DNA of 63,296 nt, counting the filler, from Desulfonatronovibrionaceae bacterium (GTDB taxonomy: Bacteria; Desulfobacterota; Desulfovibrionia; Desulfovibrionales; Desulfonatronovibrionaceae), in the NCBI GenBank assembly GCA_046539845.1. It is 3 parts of 3 records of this genome, joined end to end, with 100 filler letters (N's around TTAATTAATTAA, not from the genome) between each part and the next. Parts side by side here need not be neighbours in the genome. Positions count along the whole stretch, not along the records: positions 24,921 to 48,645 come from JBKHGE010000035.1; 2 more parts are not named here. One strand, 5' to 3'. Of the stretch, positions 28,653 through 38,316 are shown piece after piece. The first letter of the stretch is position 1. The number at the start of each line of letters is the position of its first letter. The position numbers were made by a program, and so were the translations under genes. A model generated the notes under the pieces. The model worked only from the letters and a program-made list of their open reading frames with translations. It did no database searches and was not told where the DNA came from.

Positions 28653-29696
28653 CTAGATGCCTTTCAACCTGTCGAGTACCGTGCGCAGGACCGTTTCCGG
28701 GGCTATGTCCCGCATGCAGGCTAGGTCGCGCCGGCATCCGACCCGGCCGTGCAGGGTGCATGGGCTGCAGGACAGTCCCAGATGGACTATCCGGTCGTTT
28801 TCCCCGCTGGGGTAAAAGCCCCATTCCCGGCTGGTGGGTCCGAACAGGGCGGTTACCGGGGTTTCCACCCCTGTACCCAGGTGCATGGGGCCGGAGTCCG
28901 GGGTTATCAGGTGCCCGGACAGGGCGATCAGGGCACAGGTCTCCCGCAGCCCGGTCTTGTTGGTCAAATCCCGGGGATGATTAGTTAAAAGCGGGTTTTT
29001 GTCCCGACCGAGCACAATCCAGTCTATGTGCTTTTCTTCTAGCCGGGCCAAAAAATTGAGCCAGTTCTCCTGCGGCCAGTTCTTGGCCGGGTGCGTGGCG
29101 TAAGGGTGAATACATACAAAGGTCCGGTTTATCCCGGTTTTTTCCAGCCGTTGCCGGGCGTCTTCCAGTTCATTCTCCTTTAGAAATATCCGCGGCCGCA
29201 GTTTCTCCTTTTCCGGCGGCGGGCCGACGGCGGCAAAATATCTCTGGGGTATATTGGTAGCGAGCAGCGACCTGCGGGATACGGGGTCCCGCAGGTACCG
29301 GAAAAGGCGTCTTTTAAGGTTCATCTTGGGATAGCAGAGGCAGGGTCCGGGCCACATTAGTTTTAAAAGCCCTGAGCGCAGAGTGCCGTGCAGGTCCAAA
29401 AGGCCGTGTTCAGAAAAGCGGTCCACGAGTTCTGTGCACTGTTTTTTCCAGGTGTTTTTTCCCATCTCCGCGGGGTCCATTGCCTGGACCCTTTTTATCC
29501 CTGGGTGGCCGTAGAAAACAGGAGCAAGGCCCTCCCGGGTGATCACGCTCATTTCCAGGCCGCATTCCCGGGACAGAAAATCAATGACCCCGGTGGTCAA
29601 AACCACATCCCCCAAAGAACTTAGGCGGAAAATGACCCATTTCCGGGTCTTATTCAGGGCGGGATGCATAGTTTGCCGTTTGCTTTTTCTACTCAC
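28653..29696 (-). CDS. GT9 family LPS heptosyltransferase (WaaF-like)
   Basis: RLSSLGDVVL, DLHGTLRS, KNWP, DSGPMHL, ALFGPT. Confidence 0.9.
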   Translation of the reverse strand: MSRKSKRQTMHPALNKTRKWVIFRLSSLGDVVLTTGVIDFLSRECGLEMSVITREGLAPVFYGHPGIKRVQAMDPAEMGKNTWKKQCTELVDRFSEHGLLDLHGTLRSGLLKLMWPGPCLCYPKMNLKRRLFRYLRDPVSRRSLLATNIPQRYFAAVGPPPEKEKLRPRIFLKENELEDARQRLEKTGINRTFVCIHPYATHPAKNWPQENWLNFLARLEEKHIDWIVLGRDKNPLLTNHPRDLTNKTGLRETCALIALSGHLITPDSGPMHLGTGVETPVTALFGPTSREWGFYPSGENDRIVHLGLSCSPCTLHGRVGCRRDLACMRDIAPETVLRTVLDRLKGI

Positions 29697-30820
29697 CGGA
29701 CCAGCTCCCGGTAGGTATCCATAAGTTCCCGGGCCCTTTTTTCCGGAGTGAAGCCCCGGGCGTGTCTTTCGCCCTTCCGGATCATGTCCTGGCTGAGCTC
29801 TTTGTCCCCTAGAATCTCGTGCACGGCCTGCCCGATTTCCTCTGCCGACTCCGGATTTACGTATCTGGAACCCGGTCCCCCGGCCTCGCGCAGACAGGAA
29901 TTGTCTGCTGTTATCACCGGAGTGCGGCTGGCCAGGGCCTCCAGAACCGGGATGCCGAATCCCTCGTAGACCGAGGGATACACAAAGACCCGGGCCGCCT
30001 GATACAAAGCGGGCAGGTCCATTGTCGGTACATGCGGGAGATGCAGGACTCGATTTTTGAGCCCGCTTTTTGCGGCGATTTGCACGGCACCTTGAACGTA
30101 TTCTTTTTTCCCCCGGCCAACCAGGACCAGAAAAGGCGCGTCTTCCGGGCCCATGAGGCCCAGACCGCGGATCAGGTTGTGGATGTTTTTGCGCGGGGCC
30201 AGGGAGCCCACGTACAGGATATATTCCCGGGGCAGGCGGTATTTAAGGCGTACCCTTTCCAGATCCTGTTTGGGACGGGAATCAAAAAATACCGGATCGC
30301 AGGACTGATAGACCACTCGGATTTTTTCCTCAGGCACGGAAAAAAATTCTTGCAGGTCGTCTTTGGTGCTTTTGCTTATGGCCAGAACCAGGTCGGCCGC
30401 TTTGCAGGCCGTGCTGTACTTCAGTCTGTATATCCGGGCGTCGATCCGGGTATAAAGCTCTGGCAGGCGCATAAAGATCAGATCGTGCATAGTGACCGCT
30501 GTCCGGCAGCCGGTTTTAGTTATGCCTGCCGGCAGCTCGTGGGAGAGGCCGTGGTAAAGGTCCAGTCCGTCTTTTTGGATACGCCGGGGGAGATAAAAAA
30601 AGCGCCATACAGCCGAGCCGATCCTGCCGGTGCAAAGAGCAGGAGTGCGCACCTCGGTGTGTGCTCCCAAGGGGTTAGGATCCTTTCCTAGACCGGGAGT
30701 GTACAAAAAGTACCTGTTTTCCGGGAAGTAGGTCTGCAGCGCGGATATGGTGTTGCGGGCGTAGTTGCCCAGTCCAGTCCGGTTTAGGAAATATCTTTTG
30801 GCGTCGAATCCGATGCGCAT
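29693..30820 (-). CDS. GT4 family glycosyltransferase
   Basis: TMHDLIF, YVGSLAPRKN, YPSVYEGFGIPVLEA. Confidence 0.92.
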   Translation of the reverse strand: MRIGFDAKRYFLNRTGLGNYARNTISALQTYFPENRYFLYTPGLGKDPNPLGAHTEVRTPALCTGRIGSAVWRFFYLPRRIQKDGLDLYHGLSHELPAGITKTGCRTAVTMHDLIFMRLPELYTRIDARIYRLKYSTACKAADLVLAISKSTKDDLQEFFSVPEEKIRVVYQSCDPVFFDSRPKQDLERVRLKYRLPREYILYVGSLAPRKNIHNLIRGLGLMGPEDAPFLVLVGRGKKEYVQGAVQIAAKSGLKNRVLHLPHVPTMDLPALYQAARVFVYPSVYEGFGIPVLEALASRTPVITADNSCLREAGGPGSRYVNPESAEEIGQAVHEILGDKELSQDMIRKGERHARGFTPEKRARELMDTYRELVR

Positions 30821-30834
30821 GAGACAGCAGGGTT

Positions 30835-31419
30835 TTAGATTACGGTGCAGGCCGTGGCCAGGTCAGCCGCTGCATAGTCCGGGTATTGCGGACCGCTGTC
30901 CGGGATTTTTTCCACTCCGGCTGCGGGGGGGCGGATGTTTAGCTTTTCCGCTTCCTTACGGCCATCCCCGGTCATAACCAGTATACATAGACCAAGCCCT
31001 GAATTACGGCCAAAAAGGATATCGCTTGCTTTGTCCCCGATGACCGCAGTCTCCTGCGGCCTAAGTCCGCACTCCCGGCTGAGCGACTCCCACATGCCGG
31101 TTTTGGGTTTACGACAGCTGCACTCCTCCTCCGGGGCGTGCGGGCAGAATACACTTTTTTCTATCCCCGCCCCTTGGCAGGCGAGCAGCCGGAGCATTTC
31201 CTCCTGCACGGACTTATAGTCGCGGATGCGGAAATATCCGCGGCCGATTCCGCTCTGATTGGTGGCCACAAATAGCCGTATCCCTTTTGCGCTTTGTGCG
31301 GCCAGGGCCCGGGCAGCCCCGGGCAAAAGCCTGACGCCGGCGGGGTCGTGCAGATAGTGCCTGTCCTCGATAATAGTTCCGTCCCGGTCCAGGACTATAT
31401 TCTTTATGTTCACATCCAT
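30835..31419 (-). CDS. gmhB: D-glycero-D-manno-heptose 1,7-bisphosphate phosphatase
   Basis: LDRDGT, TNQSGIGRG, CPHAPEEECSCRKP, IGDKASD. Confidence 0.92.
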   Translation of the reverse strand: MDVNIKNIVLDRDGTIIEDRHYLHDPAGVRLLPGAARALAAQSAKGIRLFVATNQSGIGRGYFRIRDYKSVQEEMLRLLACQGAGIEKSVFCPHAPEEECSCRKPKTGMWESLSRECGLRPQETAVIGDKASDILFGRNSGLGLCILVMTGDGRKEAEKLNIRPPAAGVEKIPDSGPQYPDYAAADLATACTVI

Positions 31420-31670
31420 TGTCCGCCGGGCCCGCGGCCCAAAGAGTCTGCTCCCGATTTTTGTTCTTTGCTTTTAAGCCTCTTTTCTCTGTGGGCTGGT
31501 CAGAGGCCGGGGAAAGGCATCCCGGTTTTGTTTAGCTGCAAAGCCGCTTTTTCTGGCCCTTTGAACCCGAGCGGATCGCCCGGGTCAGCTTTTACCTATA
31601 GAACAATACAGGGCCTGGTCAACCGGAAGTTTTGGTTGCGCCCGGCGAGGTGTTTTGCTAATTTTCAGGT

Positions 31671-32705
31671 ATGGGGGAATTAGTACTGGCTGTGCTTCTG
31701 GCCACCGCGGTCTCCGCCTTCTGTTCCGTGGCAGAGGCGGTTTTGTATTCCGTGTCCTGGCCTTATATCGAACGGTTGAAAAAAACCGGGAAAAAGAGCG
31801 GGGAGTTGCTCTTCGCTTTGCGCAGCAATGTGGATGAGCCCATAACCGCGGTGCTTACCCTGAACACGGTGGCTCACACTGTAGGCGCGGCAGTGGCCGG
31901 GGCTGCCGCTGCCAAGCTTTGGGGCGAGGGAAATCTTATTTATTTCTCCATTTTGTTCACCCTGATCATTTTGATATTTTCCGAGATTATTCCTAAGACG
32001 GTTGGCGTGGTCTACTGTAGGACTTTGGCCCCTGTTTTTGCTGCTCCGCTCTCCATGCTGGCCATCCTGTTTCGCCCAATCACATTCGCTTGCCGGGTCC
32101 TGGTGAAGTCCTTGGAGAGAAAAAACACCGGACCTCAGGCCTCGGAAGAGGATCTGCTGGCCACCATCAGCCTGTCCCGCAAGACCGGGGCGATCAAGCT
32201 GAACGAGGAAGTCTCCCTGCAAAATATTCTCCTTTTGGACAAAAAGATAGTCCGGGATATCATGACTCCGCGCATGGTGGTCTTTTCCCTCCCGGCCAAA
32301 TACACAGTGGCTGAGGCCAAAAATGCCAAGCACATCTGGCCGCACAGCCGAATCCCGGTGTATGAGAACGAAGACAGCGAAGAGATAGTCGGTGTTGTCT
32401 ATCGCCGGGAGGTACTGGAAGCCCTGGCCAATGATCAGGACGATCTGACCCTGGAGGAACTCATGAAGCCGGTGCAGTTCGTCCTGGATACTTTGAGCCT
32501 GGAGAAGCTGCTGGTCAAATTTTTGGAATCTCGTCTGCATCTTTTTGTAGTCCTGGATGAGTACGGGGGAGTGGCCGGTGTGGTGACCCTGGAAGACGTT
32601 TTAGAAGAAATCCTGGGACGGGAGATAGTGGATGAGACTGATGAGGTTGCGGATCTGCGCAAGCTGGCCAGACAGCGTAGGGCCAGGCTGCTCAAGGACA
32701 AGTAA
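31671..32705 (+). CDS. CNNM/DUF21 + CBS domain (hemolysin-family) protein
   Basis: SAFCSVAEA, SEIIPKT, IMTPR, HSRIPVY, VLDEYGGVAGVVTLEDVLEEILG. Confidence 0.92.
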   Translation: MGELVLAVLLATAVSAFCSVAEAVLYSVSWPYIERLKKTGKKSGELLFALRSNVDEPITAVLTLNTVAHTVGAAVAGAAAAKLWGEGNLIYFSILFTLIILIFSEIIPKTVGVVYCRTLAPVFAAPLSMLAILFRPITFACRVLVKSLERKNTGPQASEEDLLATISLSRKTGAIKLNEEVSLQNILLLDKKIVRDIMTPRMVVFSLPAKYTVAEAKNAKHIWPHSRIPVYENEDSEEIVGVVYRREVLEALANDQDDLTLEELMKPVQFVLDTLSLEKLLVKFLESRLHLFVVLDEYGGVAGVVTLEDVLEEILGREIVDETDEVADLRKLARQRRARLLKDK

Positions 32706-32795
32706 GGACCGGCTTGCGCTTCTTGACACAATGTTTATTATGCCGGAAAAGGAGCGTGTTTTCAACGCAAAGACCCTTAAGGGGGTATTTAAGAT

Positions 32796-33212
32796 ATGGC
32801 TAAGAAAAAATCCCGGAAATGGGTTTATGCACTGGCTTTTGTCCTGATTCTGGGAGGGGTCGGATTCCTGTTTTATACCGGTATCTCCCAAAACAGAGTC
32901 TATTTTCTGGAGGTCTCGGAGGCTTTGGCCCGATCCCCGTCTGATCTGGGCCAGGCCCGGGTGTTCGGTAAGGTCTCTGCTGATAGCATTGAGCGCCGGA
33001 AGGATTCGCTCGGGGTCAGCTTTGACCTGCTGGACAAGGAAGAACCTTCACAATCCATCCGGGTCAGTTACGCCGGGGCTGTGCCGGATACTTTTGACCC
33101 CGGAGTGGAGGTGATCGTGGAAGGGACTTTTCAGTCCGGGGGTCATGCTTTCCGGGCTGAAAAGCTCATGACCAAGTGCCCTTCAAAATACGAAGACGAG
33201 TCCGGATCCTGA
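32796..33212 (+). CDS. ccmE: Cytochrome c maturation heme chaperone CcmE (CxxxY variant)
   Basis: N-terminal membrane anchor; YAGAVPDTF, VIVEG, C-terminal TKCPSKY. Confidence 0.93.
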   Translation: MAKKKSRKWVYALAFVLILGGVGFLFYTGISQNRVYFLEVSEALARSPSDLGQARVFGKVSADSIERRKDSLGVSFDLLDKEEPSQSIRVSYAGAVPDTFDPGVEVIVEGTFQSGGHAFRAEKLMTKCPSKYEDESGS

Positions 33213-33237
33213 GTCTTTTGTCCGAAACAACTTATCC

Positions 33238-33269
33238 ACAGGGATGGGGAGAGCCCTCCCTGTTTTTTT
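33238..33269 (+). terminator. Intrinsic terminator-like hairpin between ccmE and ccmF
   Basis: ACAGGGA...TCCCTGT followed by a T tract. Confidence 0.6.
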
Positions 33270-33405
33270 ATCCTTAACCGGGCGTGTGATCAGGCGATGA
33301 GCATGAATTCCAGGCATTCAGCCCGGGCCTTTCGGGGGCGGATTTCAGCGCCTTTACGGCCGGGTTTTTTTATTTCCAACTTCGAACAACAATAAGGTAG
33401 GCGGT

Positions 33406-35310
33406 ATGCATTATATAGCTTTCGGGGCACTGCTTCTGGCCATGATTGTTTTGACCGGCGCCGCCGGGTACAGCTTTTATTGTCTTTTGGACAAAGACAG
33501 CCGGCCCTCAGGTCTGGCTCGGATTTTGCCCTGGGTGCAGCTTGCGGCCTTTGTCCTGGTCAGTCTAAGCGCGCTCATCCTTTTATGGGCGCTCGGGGCC
33601 CGTGATTTCTCTTTTGCCTATGTCCGGGACTATACGGACAGCTTTTTGCCCATGTTCTATGCTTTGACTGCTTTCTGGGCCGGGCAGGACGGCTCTTTTC
33701 TTTTCTGGCTGTGGTGTATATCCTTTCTGGGGGTGATATTCCCCCTGTTTCCGACATATAGGACCCTAACGGACAAGAACCAGGTCTTTTTCTGGTCTTT
33801 TTATTCCCTGGTGCAGCTCTTTTTCCTGCTTATGCTCACCGGCCCGAGCAACCCGTTTATCCAGCTCGATCCGGCGCCCGGGAGCGGAAACGGACTAAAC
33901 CCCCTTTTGCAACATCCGGGGATGATATTTCATCCGCCGCTTTTGTTTATCGGATACGCCGGGTTTACCATCCCCAGCTGTCTGGCCTTTTCTTCCTGGC
34001 TACAGGGGCATGAATTCAATTGGATGAAAATTACCCGCAATTGGCTGCTTTTTGCCTGGATATGCCTTACTGCGGGTATAATCCTCGGAGCATGGTGGGC
34101 GTATATGGAACTTGGCTGGGGTGGATACTGGGCCTGGGATCCGGTGGAAAACGCCTCGCTCATCCCCTGGCTCATCTCCACCGCATTCATGCATACCGCG
34201 ATTATGGGGCGCAGGCAGAAGTCCCTGCCGCGGTTTAATCTGCTTTTGATCGCTCTTACACTGGTTTCCTGCTTCCTGGCCACTTTCTTGACCAGGAGCG
34301 GGGTGATTGATTCCCTACATGCCTTTGGTGGCAACGGAGTGGGTTTGCCCCTGCTATGGGCCATGTTCTTTATTCTCCTTTTTACCGTGTTTATGGTTTT
34401 GGCCGGAAACCCGGGCAAAAAATCCCTGGATGGCATTGTCGGTAGGTACGGGTTGATGCTTGTTGCGGCCTGGCTTTTTTTGTTCCTGGCGGTGATTATA
34501 ACCGCCGGGACCCTGTGGCCGGTTTTGTCCTCTCCGTTTGTCTCTGATCCGGTTGGGCTGGATGCAAATTTTTATAATCGGGTCTGTCCGCCCCTGTTTG
34601 TGGCTCTGAGCCTTTTATTGTTTGTCTGTCCTTGGCTTAAATGGAAACAGGGAGTCTCGGACAGGCTGGGTCTGGGTCTGGCCTGCGCGGTGCTCGGACT
34701 TGGTGCAGCCGGGAGCATTGCCTGGGGGATGCGCGATTTCTGGCCCGTTTTAGGTGCGGCTTCTGCTGTGGCCGGGATATTCACCATAGTCTTTTTGTTC
34801 TTCAGGCAGGCCGGTCTACGTTCCAGCCGGGTGCACTGGGGCATATACGGGGTACACCTGGGTATTGTGATTATGGTCCTGGGGGTGTCTTTTTCCGGTC
34901 CGTATAGCCAGGAAAAAGAGGTTATCCTTTCTCCGGGCAAGGAAGTCAGTCTGGCCGGGTACGATTTCTCTTATGCGGATTTTAAGACCGAGCAGACCCC
35001 GGCCATGCAGATATATCAGACAGATATAACGGTCAAAAAGGACGGCCAGGAAGTGGGTATGCTCAAGCCCCAGAAGCGCCTGTATCGCAATTTTGACCGC
35101 CCGTTTGCTGAGGTTGCGGTTATTTTTTCTCTGGGCAATGAATTGTATTCCACTTTGCTTGGCTTTACCGAGGAACGGGTGGCCAGCGTTAAGTTGAGCG
35201 TTAATCCTTTGGTCAACTGGGTCTGGATTGGCGGGACCATCGCCTGTCTGCTCGGTTTTTTGGCTATGGACAGGAGGTTTTCCGGAAGCAGCGGGAACAC
35301 GGACGATTAA
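33406..35310 (+). CDS. ccmF: Heme lyase CcmF
   Basis: GLNPLLQHPGMIFHPPLLF, WAYMELGWGGYWAWDPVENASLIPW, TRSGVIDSLHAF. Confidence 0.97.
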   Translation: MHYIAFGALLLAMIVLTGAAGYSFYCLLDKDSRPSGLARILPWVQLAAFVLVSLSALILLWALGARDFSFAYVRDYTDSFLPMFYALTAFWAGQDGSFLFWLWCISFLGVIFPLFPTYRTLTDKNQVFFWSFYSLVQLFFLLMLTGPSNPFIQLDPAPGSGNGLNPLLQHPGMIFHPPLLFIGYAGFTIPSCLAFSSWLQGHEFNWMKITRNWLLFAWICLTAGIILGAWWAYMELGWGGYWAWDPVENASLIPWLISTAFMHTAIMGRRQKSLPRFNLLLIALTLVSCFLATFLTRSGVIDSLHAFGGNGVGLPLLWAMFFILLFTVFMVLAGNPGKKSLDGIVGRYGLMLVAAWLFLFLAVIITAGTLWPVLSSPFVSDPVGLDANFYNRVCPPLFVALSLLLFVCPWLKWKQGVSDRLGLGLACAVLGLGAAGSIAWGMRDFWPVLGAASAVAGIFTIVFLFFRQAGLRSSRVHWGIYGVHLGIVIMVLGVSFSGPYSQEKEVILSPGKEVSLAGYDFSYADFKTEQTPAMQIYQTDITVKKDGQEVGMLKPQKRLYRNFDRPFAEVAVIFSLGNELYSTLLGFTEERVASVKLSVNPLVNWVWIGGTIACLLGFLAMDRRFSGSSGNTDD

Positions 35311-35314
35311 AGGG

Positions 35315-35974
35315 ATGTCTGATTCGGCGCTACTGGTCTTGGAGAACGTAGGCCACGGATTTGGCCGTGGAGCGGTTTTTGCGGATGTAGGCTTGGTCCT
35401 GGAACCCGGACAGGTGATCCTTGTAGTCGGGCCGAATGCGGCTGGAAAGTCAACATTGCTCAAGATGGCCGCCGGCATAATCCGGCCGGACTCCGGGAGG
35501 ATTATTTTAAAAAAGGGGATAAGGGTGGGGTATCTGGCCCACGAGTCCTTTATCTATCCCGGGCTTTCCGCCCTGGAGAACCTCAAATTCTGGTCCGGTT
35601 TTTACGGGGAGCGCCATAGTGAGCAGGATATCCTCGAAGTACTAAGGCGTGTCGGACTGGAGCGTTCAGCCTGGGAGCCGGCCGAAAGCTTTTCCCGGGG
35701 CATGGCCCAGAGGCTGAGCCTGGCCCGGGTACTCCTTTTAACCCCGGGGGTGGTCCTTCTGGATGAACCGGGCAGCGGTTTGGATTCCGACTCCAGGCGG
35801 ATACTGGCCCGGGAGGTTCGTCTGGCTCGTGAACGCGGGGCGGGCATAATCTGGGTCAGCCACGATCTCGGCCGCGATGCGTCAGAGGCGGATCAGATAC
35901 TGGCTTTGGGCGAGGGGCGTCAGCTGTTCTGGGGGAGGTTTGAGGATTATTCCCCGGAGGCAAGGGATGCTTAG
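35315..35974 (+). CDS. ccmA: Heme export ABC ATPase CcmA
   Basis: GPNAAGKST, FSRGMAQR, LLDEP; position within the ccm operon. Confidence 0.9.
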   Translation: MSDSALLVLENVGHGFGRGAVFADVGLVLEPGQVILVVGPNAAGKSTLLKMAAGIIRPDSGRIILKKGIRVGYLAHESFIYPGLSALENLKFWSGFYGERHSEQDILEVLRRVGLERSAWEPAESFSRGMAQRLSLARVLLLTPGVVLLDEPGSGLDSDSRRILAREVRLARERGAGIIWVSHDLGRDASEADQILALGEGRQLFWGRFEDYSPEARDA

Positions 35975-36638
35975 GCCCTTGTTTTTTTTGGTCCGTAAGG
36001 ACCTGCGTCTGGTGCTCTCTGGAGGCGGCGGACCGGTGCAGGCGGTTTTGCTCGGGCTTTTGCTGGTATTTATGTTCAGCCTGGGTTCTCCGGTGGGAAG
36101 CAGTGTATCCGCTCCAGCTGCGGCCACTGTTTTCTGGCTGGCTAGTGCTTTCTCCCTTATTCTGATATACAATAACCTGTATCTGGTGGAGGAGGAGAAC
36201 CGCTCCCGGGTGGGACTGGTTCTGGGTGCGGATCCGGTGCAGGTGGTGTATTTGGGGAAGGCGGTGGCCGGATTTTTGCTGCTGCTTTTGACCCAGGTCT
36301 TTTTTTTTCCGGCCATAGTGGTCTTTCTGGGGCAGGAGCTCTCCGGGGATCCAGTCCTTATGGCCGCGGTTTTAGCCGTGGATGCGGGGATGGTCTTTAT
36401 CGGTGGTCTTCTGGGTGCTTCGGCCCAGGGAACAGGGGTGCGGGACTCCCTGCTCAGCATAATCATTTTTCCCCTGCTCATGCCGGTTATCCTGGCCGGG
36501 ATCCGGCTTTTGGCCCAGGGCATGAGTCCGGAGCCGACTGTGGCCGTTTGGGACTGGCTGTTGGTGGTTGCCGCATTTGACGCCATTTTTGCCGGGACGG
36601 CCCTGATCCTGTTTCCATTTATGTATACCGGGGAATGA
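35967..36638 (+). CDS. ccmB: Heme exporter CcmB
   Basis: RKDLRL, DSLLSIIIFPLLMPV; six hydrophobic segments; follows ccmA. Confidence 0.88.
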   Translation: MLRPLFFLVRKDLRLVLSGGGGPVQAVLLGLLLVFMFSLGSPVGSSVSAPAAATVFWLASAFSLILIYNNLYLVEEENRSRVGLVLGADPVQVVYLGKAVAGFLLLLLTQVFFFPAIVVFLGQELSGDPVLMAAVLAVDAGMVFIGGLLGASAQGTGVRDSLLSIIIFPLLMPVILAGIRLLAQGMSPEPTVAVWDWLLVVAAFDAIFAGTALILFPFMYTGE

Positions 36639-36786
36639 CTGATTGTGGAGAAATCCTTAATTATGCTCTGTTCAAAGATCGCAAGGGACGAAATAAAAAA
36701 GTTAAGGCTGAAGTGTGCTTGTCCATAAGTTAGGATTTGAACTCCTTTCAGAATACAGCCAATAGGAAGTTTTCAACGGACTGATA
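36639..36786 (+). mobile_element. ~150-bp degenerate MITE-like element between ccmB and ccmC
   Basis: AT-richer insert ending TTTTCAACGGACTGATA; similar to 24675-24764. Confidence 0.6.
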
Positions 36787-36865
36787 AGGGGCTGACTGAC
36801 CGAAAACGATTCTTTGGCCTGTTTTGACGCAATTCGGGCCCGGAATCTAGGACGCTGAAGGTGAA

Positions 36866-37528
36866 GTGAATATTTTGATTAAATATATATCTATTCTGGT
36901 CGGGCCAGCTTTGGCCGCCTCCCAGTACTTTATCTGGGTGTACGCCCCCGGAGAGGCCACAATGGGCGAGATTCAGCGCATTTTCTATTTCCATCTCTCT
37001 TTTGCCTGGTGGGCGTTTGTCTGTTTTTTCCTGGTTTTTGCGGCCAGTATAGGGGTTTTGACCCGCAAAAATGAATTTTGGAATCATCTGGCCGGGGCCA
37101 GCGGCGAGGTCGGGGTCCTTTTCACCACCCTGACCCTTGTTACCGGTTCGCTCTGGGCCAAGGGAGCGTGGAACACCTGGTGGACCTGGGATCCGCGTCT
37201 GAGCACGGCCCTTATAATGTGGTTCGTCTACTGCGCCTACCTGGTACTCCGTTCCGGGGCGCCGGAATCGCTCAAGATCAGGCGGATAAGCGCGGTATTG
37301 GGGATAGTGGCCTTTTTGGATGTCCCTTTGGTCTTTTTGTCCGCCCGGTTATGGAGGAGTATGCATCCGGCGGTTTTCGCCTCCAAAGGCGGTGGATTGT
37401 CCCCGGAGATGTGGCATGCAACACTGGCATCGTTGCTTGCCTGGGGGATATTCACTTTTGCGCTTTTGTTTTTACGCACCCGGCAGTTTCAGGCCCGGGA
37501 GAGAATTGTTCAACTGAATCAGGGTTAA
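36866..37528 (+). CDS. ccmC: Heme exporter CcmC
   Basis: QRIFYFH, WAKGAWNTWWTWDPRL, WRSMHP. Confidence 0.95.
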   Translation: MNILIKYISILVGPALAASQYFIWVYAPGEATMGEIQRIFYFHLSFAWWAFVCFFLVFAASIGVLTRKNEFWNHLAGASGEVGVLFTTLTLVTGSLWAKGAWNTWWTWDPRLSTALIMWFVYCAYLVLRSGAPESLKIRRISAVLGIVAFLDVPLVFLSARLWRSMHPAVFASKGGGLSPEMWHATLASLLAWGIFTFALLFLRTRQFQARERIVQLNQG

Positions 37529-37531
37529 AAA

Positions 37532-37666
37532 ATGAGTTATCTTTTGGCAGCAAATGTGGCGATCTGGCTCGGGGTAGGCGGTTACGTTTTGTTTCTGGCC
37601 GCCAGGCAGATCCGCCTGGAAAAGAGAATCAAGCATCTGGAGTTTTTGCATGACAAACAAGTCTGA
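37532..37666 (+). CDS. ccmD: CcmD family small membrane protein (44 aa; not in the ORF track)
   Basis: MSYLLAANVAIWLGVGGYVLFLAARQIRLEKRIKHLEFLHDKQV*: one transmembrane helix plus a basic tail, directly after ccmC. Confidence 0.85.
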   Translation: MSYLLAANVAIWLGVGGYVLFLAARQIRLEKRIKHLEFLHDKQV

Positions 37667-38204
37667 TATATTATCGGTCCAGAAAGTAGCCGCCTTTTTT
37701 GGGCTTTTTCTGCTGGCCGCGGTGGTGGTTTCCTTTGTGGTCTACCGAACGGATCATCCCTCGCTGACCAGGCATGTGCAGACTGAGGAAAAGGCCATGG
37801 GGGATATGACCGGGCTTATGGAACGTCTAAAGGACAACCCTGAGGACAAAGAGGCCCTTTTTATGCTCGGGCAGAGGTTTATGCGCATGCAGGCCTGGGA
37901 CAAGGCACTTGAATTCTGGGAGCGTTTGATTAAGTTGGATCCGGAGAACAAGACTGTTTTGACCCAGAAGGGGTTTTGTCTTTTTCAGCAAGAAGAATAC
38001 GAGCAGGCAGTCGAGGAGTTCAAAAAGGTGTTGGACGTGGACGATACGGATTATCGGGCCCACTACAACCTGGGCATGCTGTACAAATACTATCTGGAAG
38101 AGCCACAATCGGCCCGTGAGCACCTGCAAAAGGCCCTTGAAAACCTGCCCCCGGATAAGGAGGACATAAGATCGGACCTGCAAAAGGAGCTCTCTGGAGG
38201 CTAA
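37650..38204 (+). CDS. ccmI: TPR-containing CcmI-like cytochrome c maturation protein
   Basis: N-terminal transmembrane segment followed by TPR repeats; last gene of the ccm cluster. Confidence 0.75.
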   Translation: MTNKSDILSVQKVAAFFGLFLLAAVVVSFVVYRTDHPSLTRHVQTEEKAMGDMTGLMERLKDNPEDKEALFMLGQRFMRMQAWDKALEFWERLIKLDPENKTVLTQKGFCLFQQEEYEQAVEEFKKVLDVDDTDYRAHYNLGMLYKYYLEEPQSAREHLQKALENLPPDKEDIRSDLQKELSGG

Positions 38205-38316
38205 AGTCCAGTCCGGGGCATAAGAAGTCGGCCATTTTTGACCTTAAGGATTAGCCCTCGCGGCAGCGGCCGGGGACACTGTCTTGAACATTGAAGGTAG
38301 TAAGGAGTTTGGTTAA

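Noticed and set aside
33232..33240. Perfect DnaA box TTATCCACA (mnmG also in the window) suggesting oriC
   Set aside because: Single box, no cluster and no dnaA/dnaN; expected by chance.
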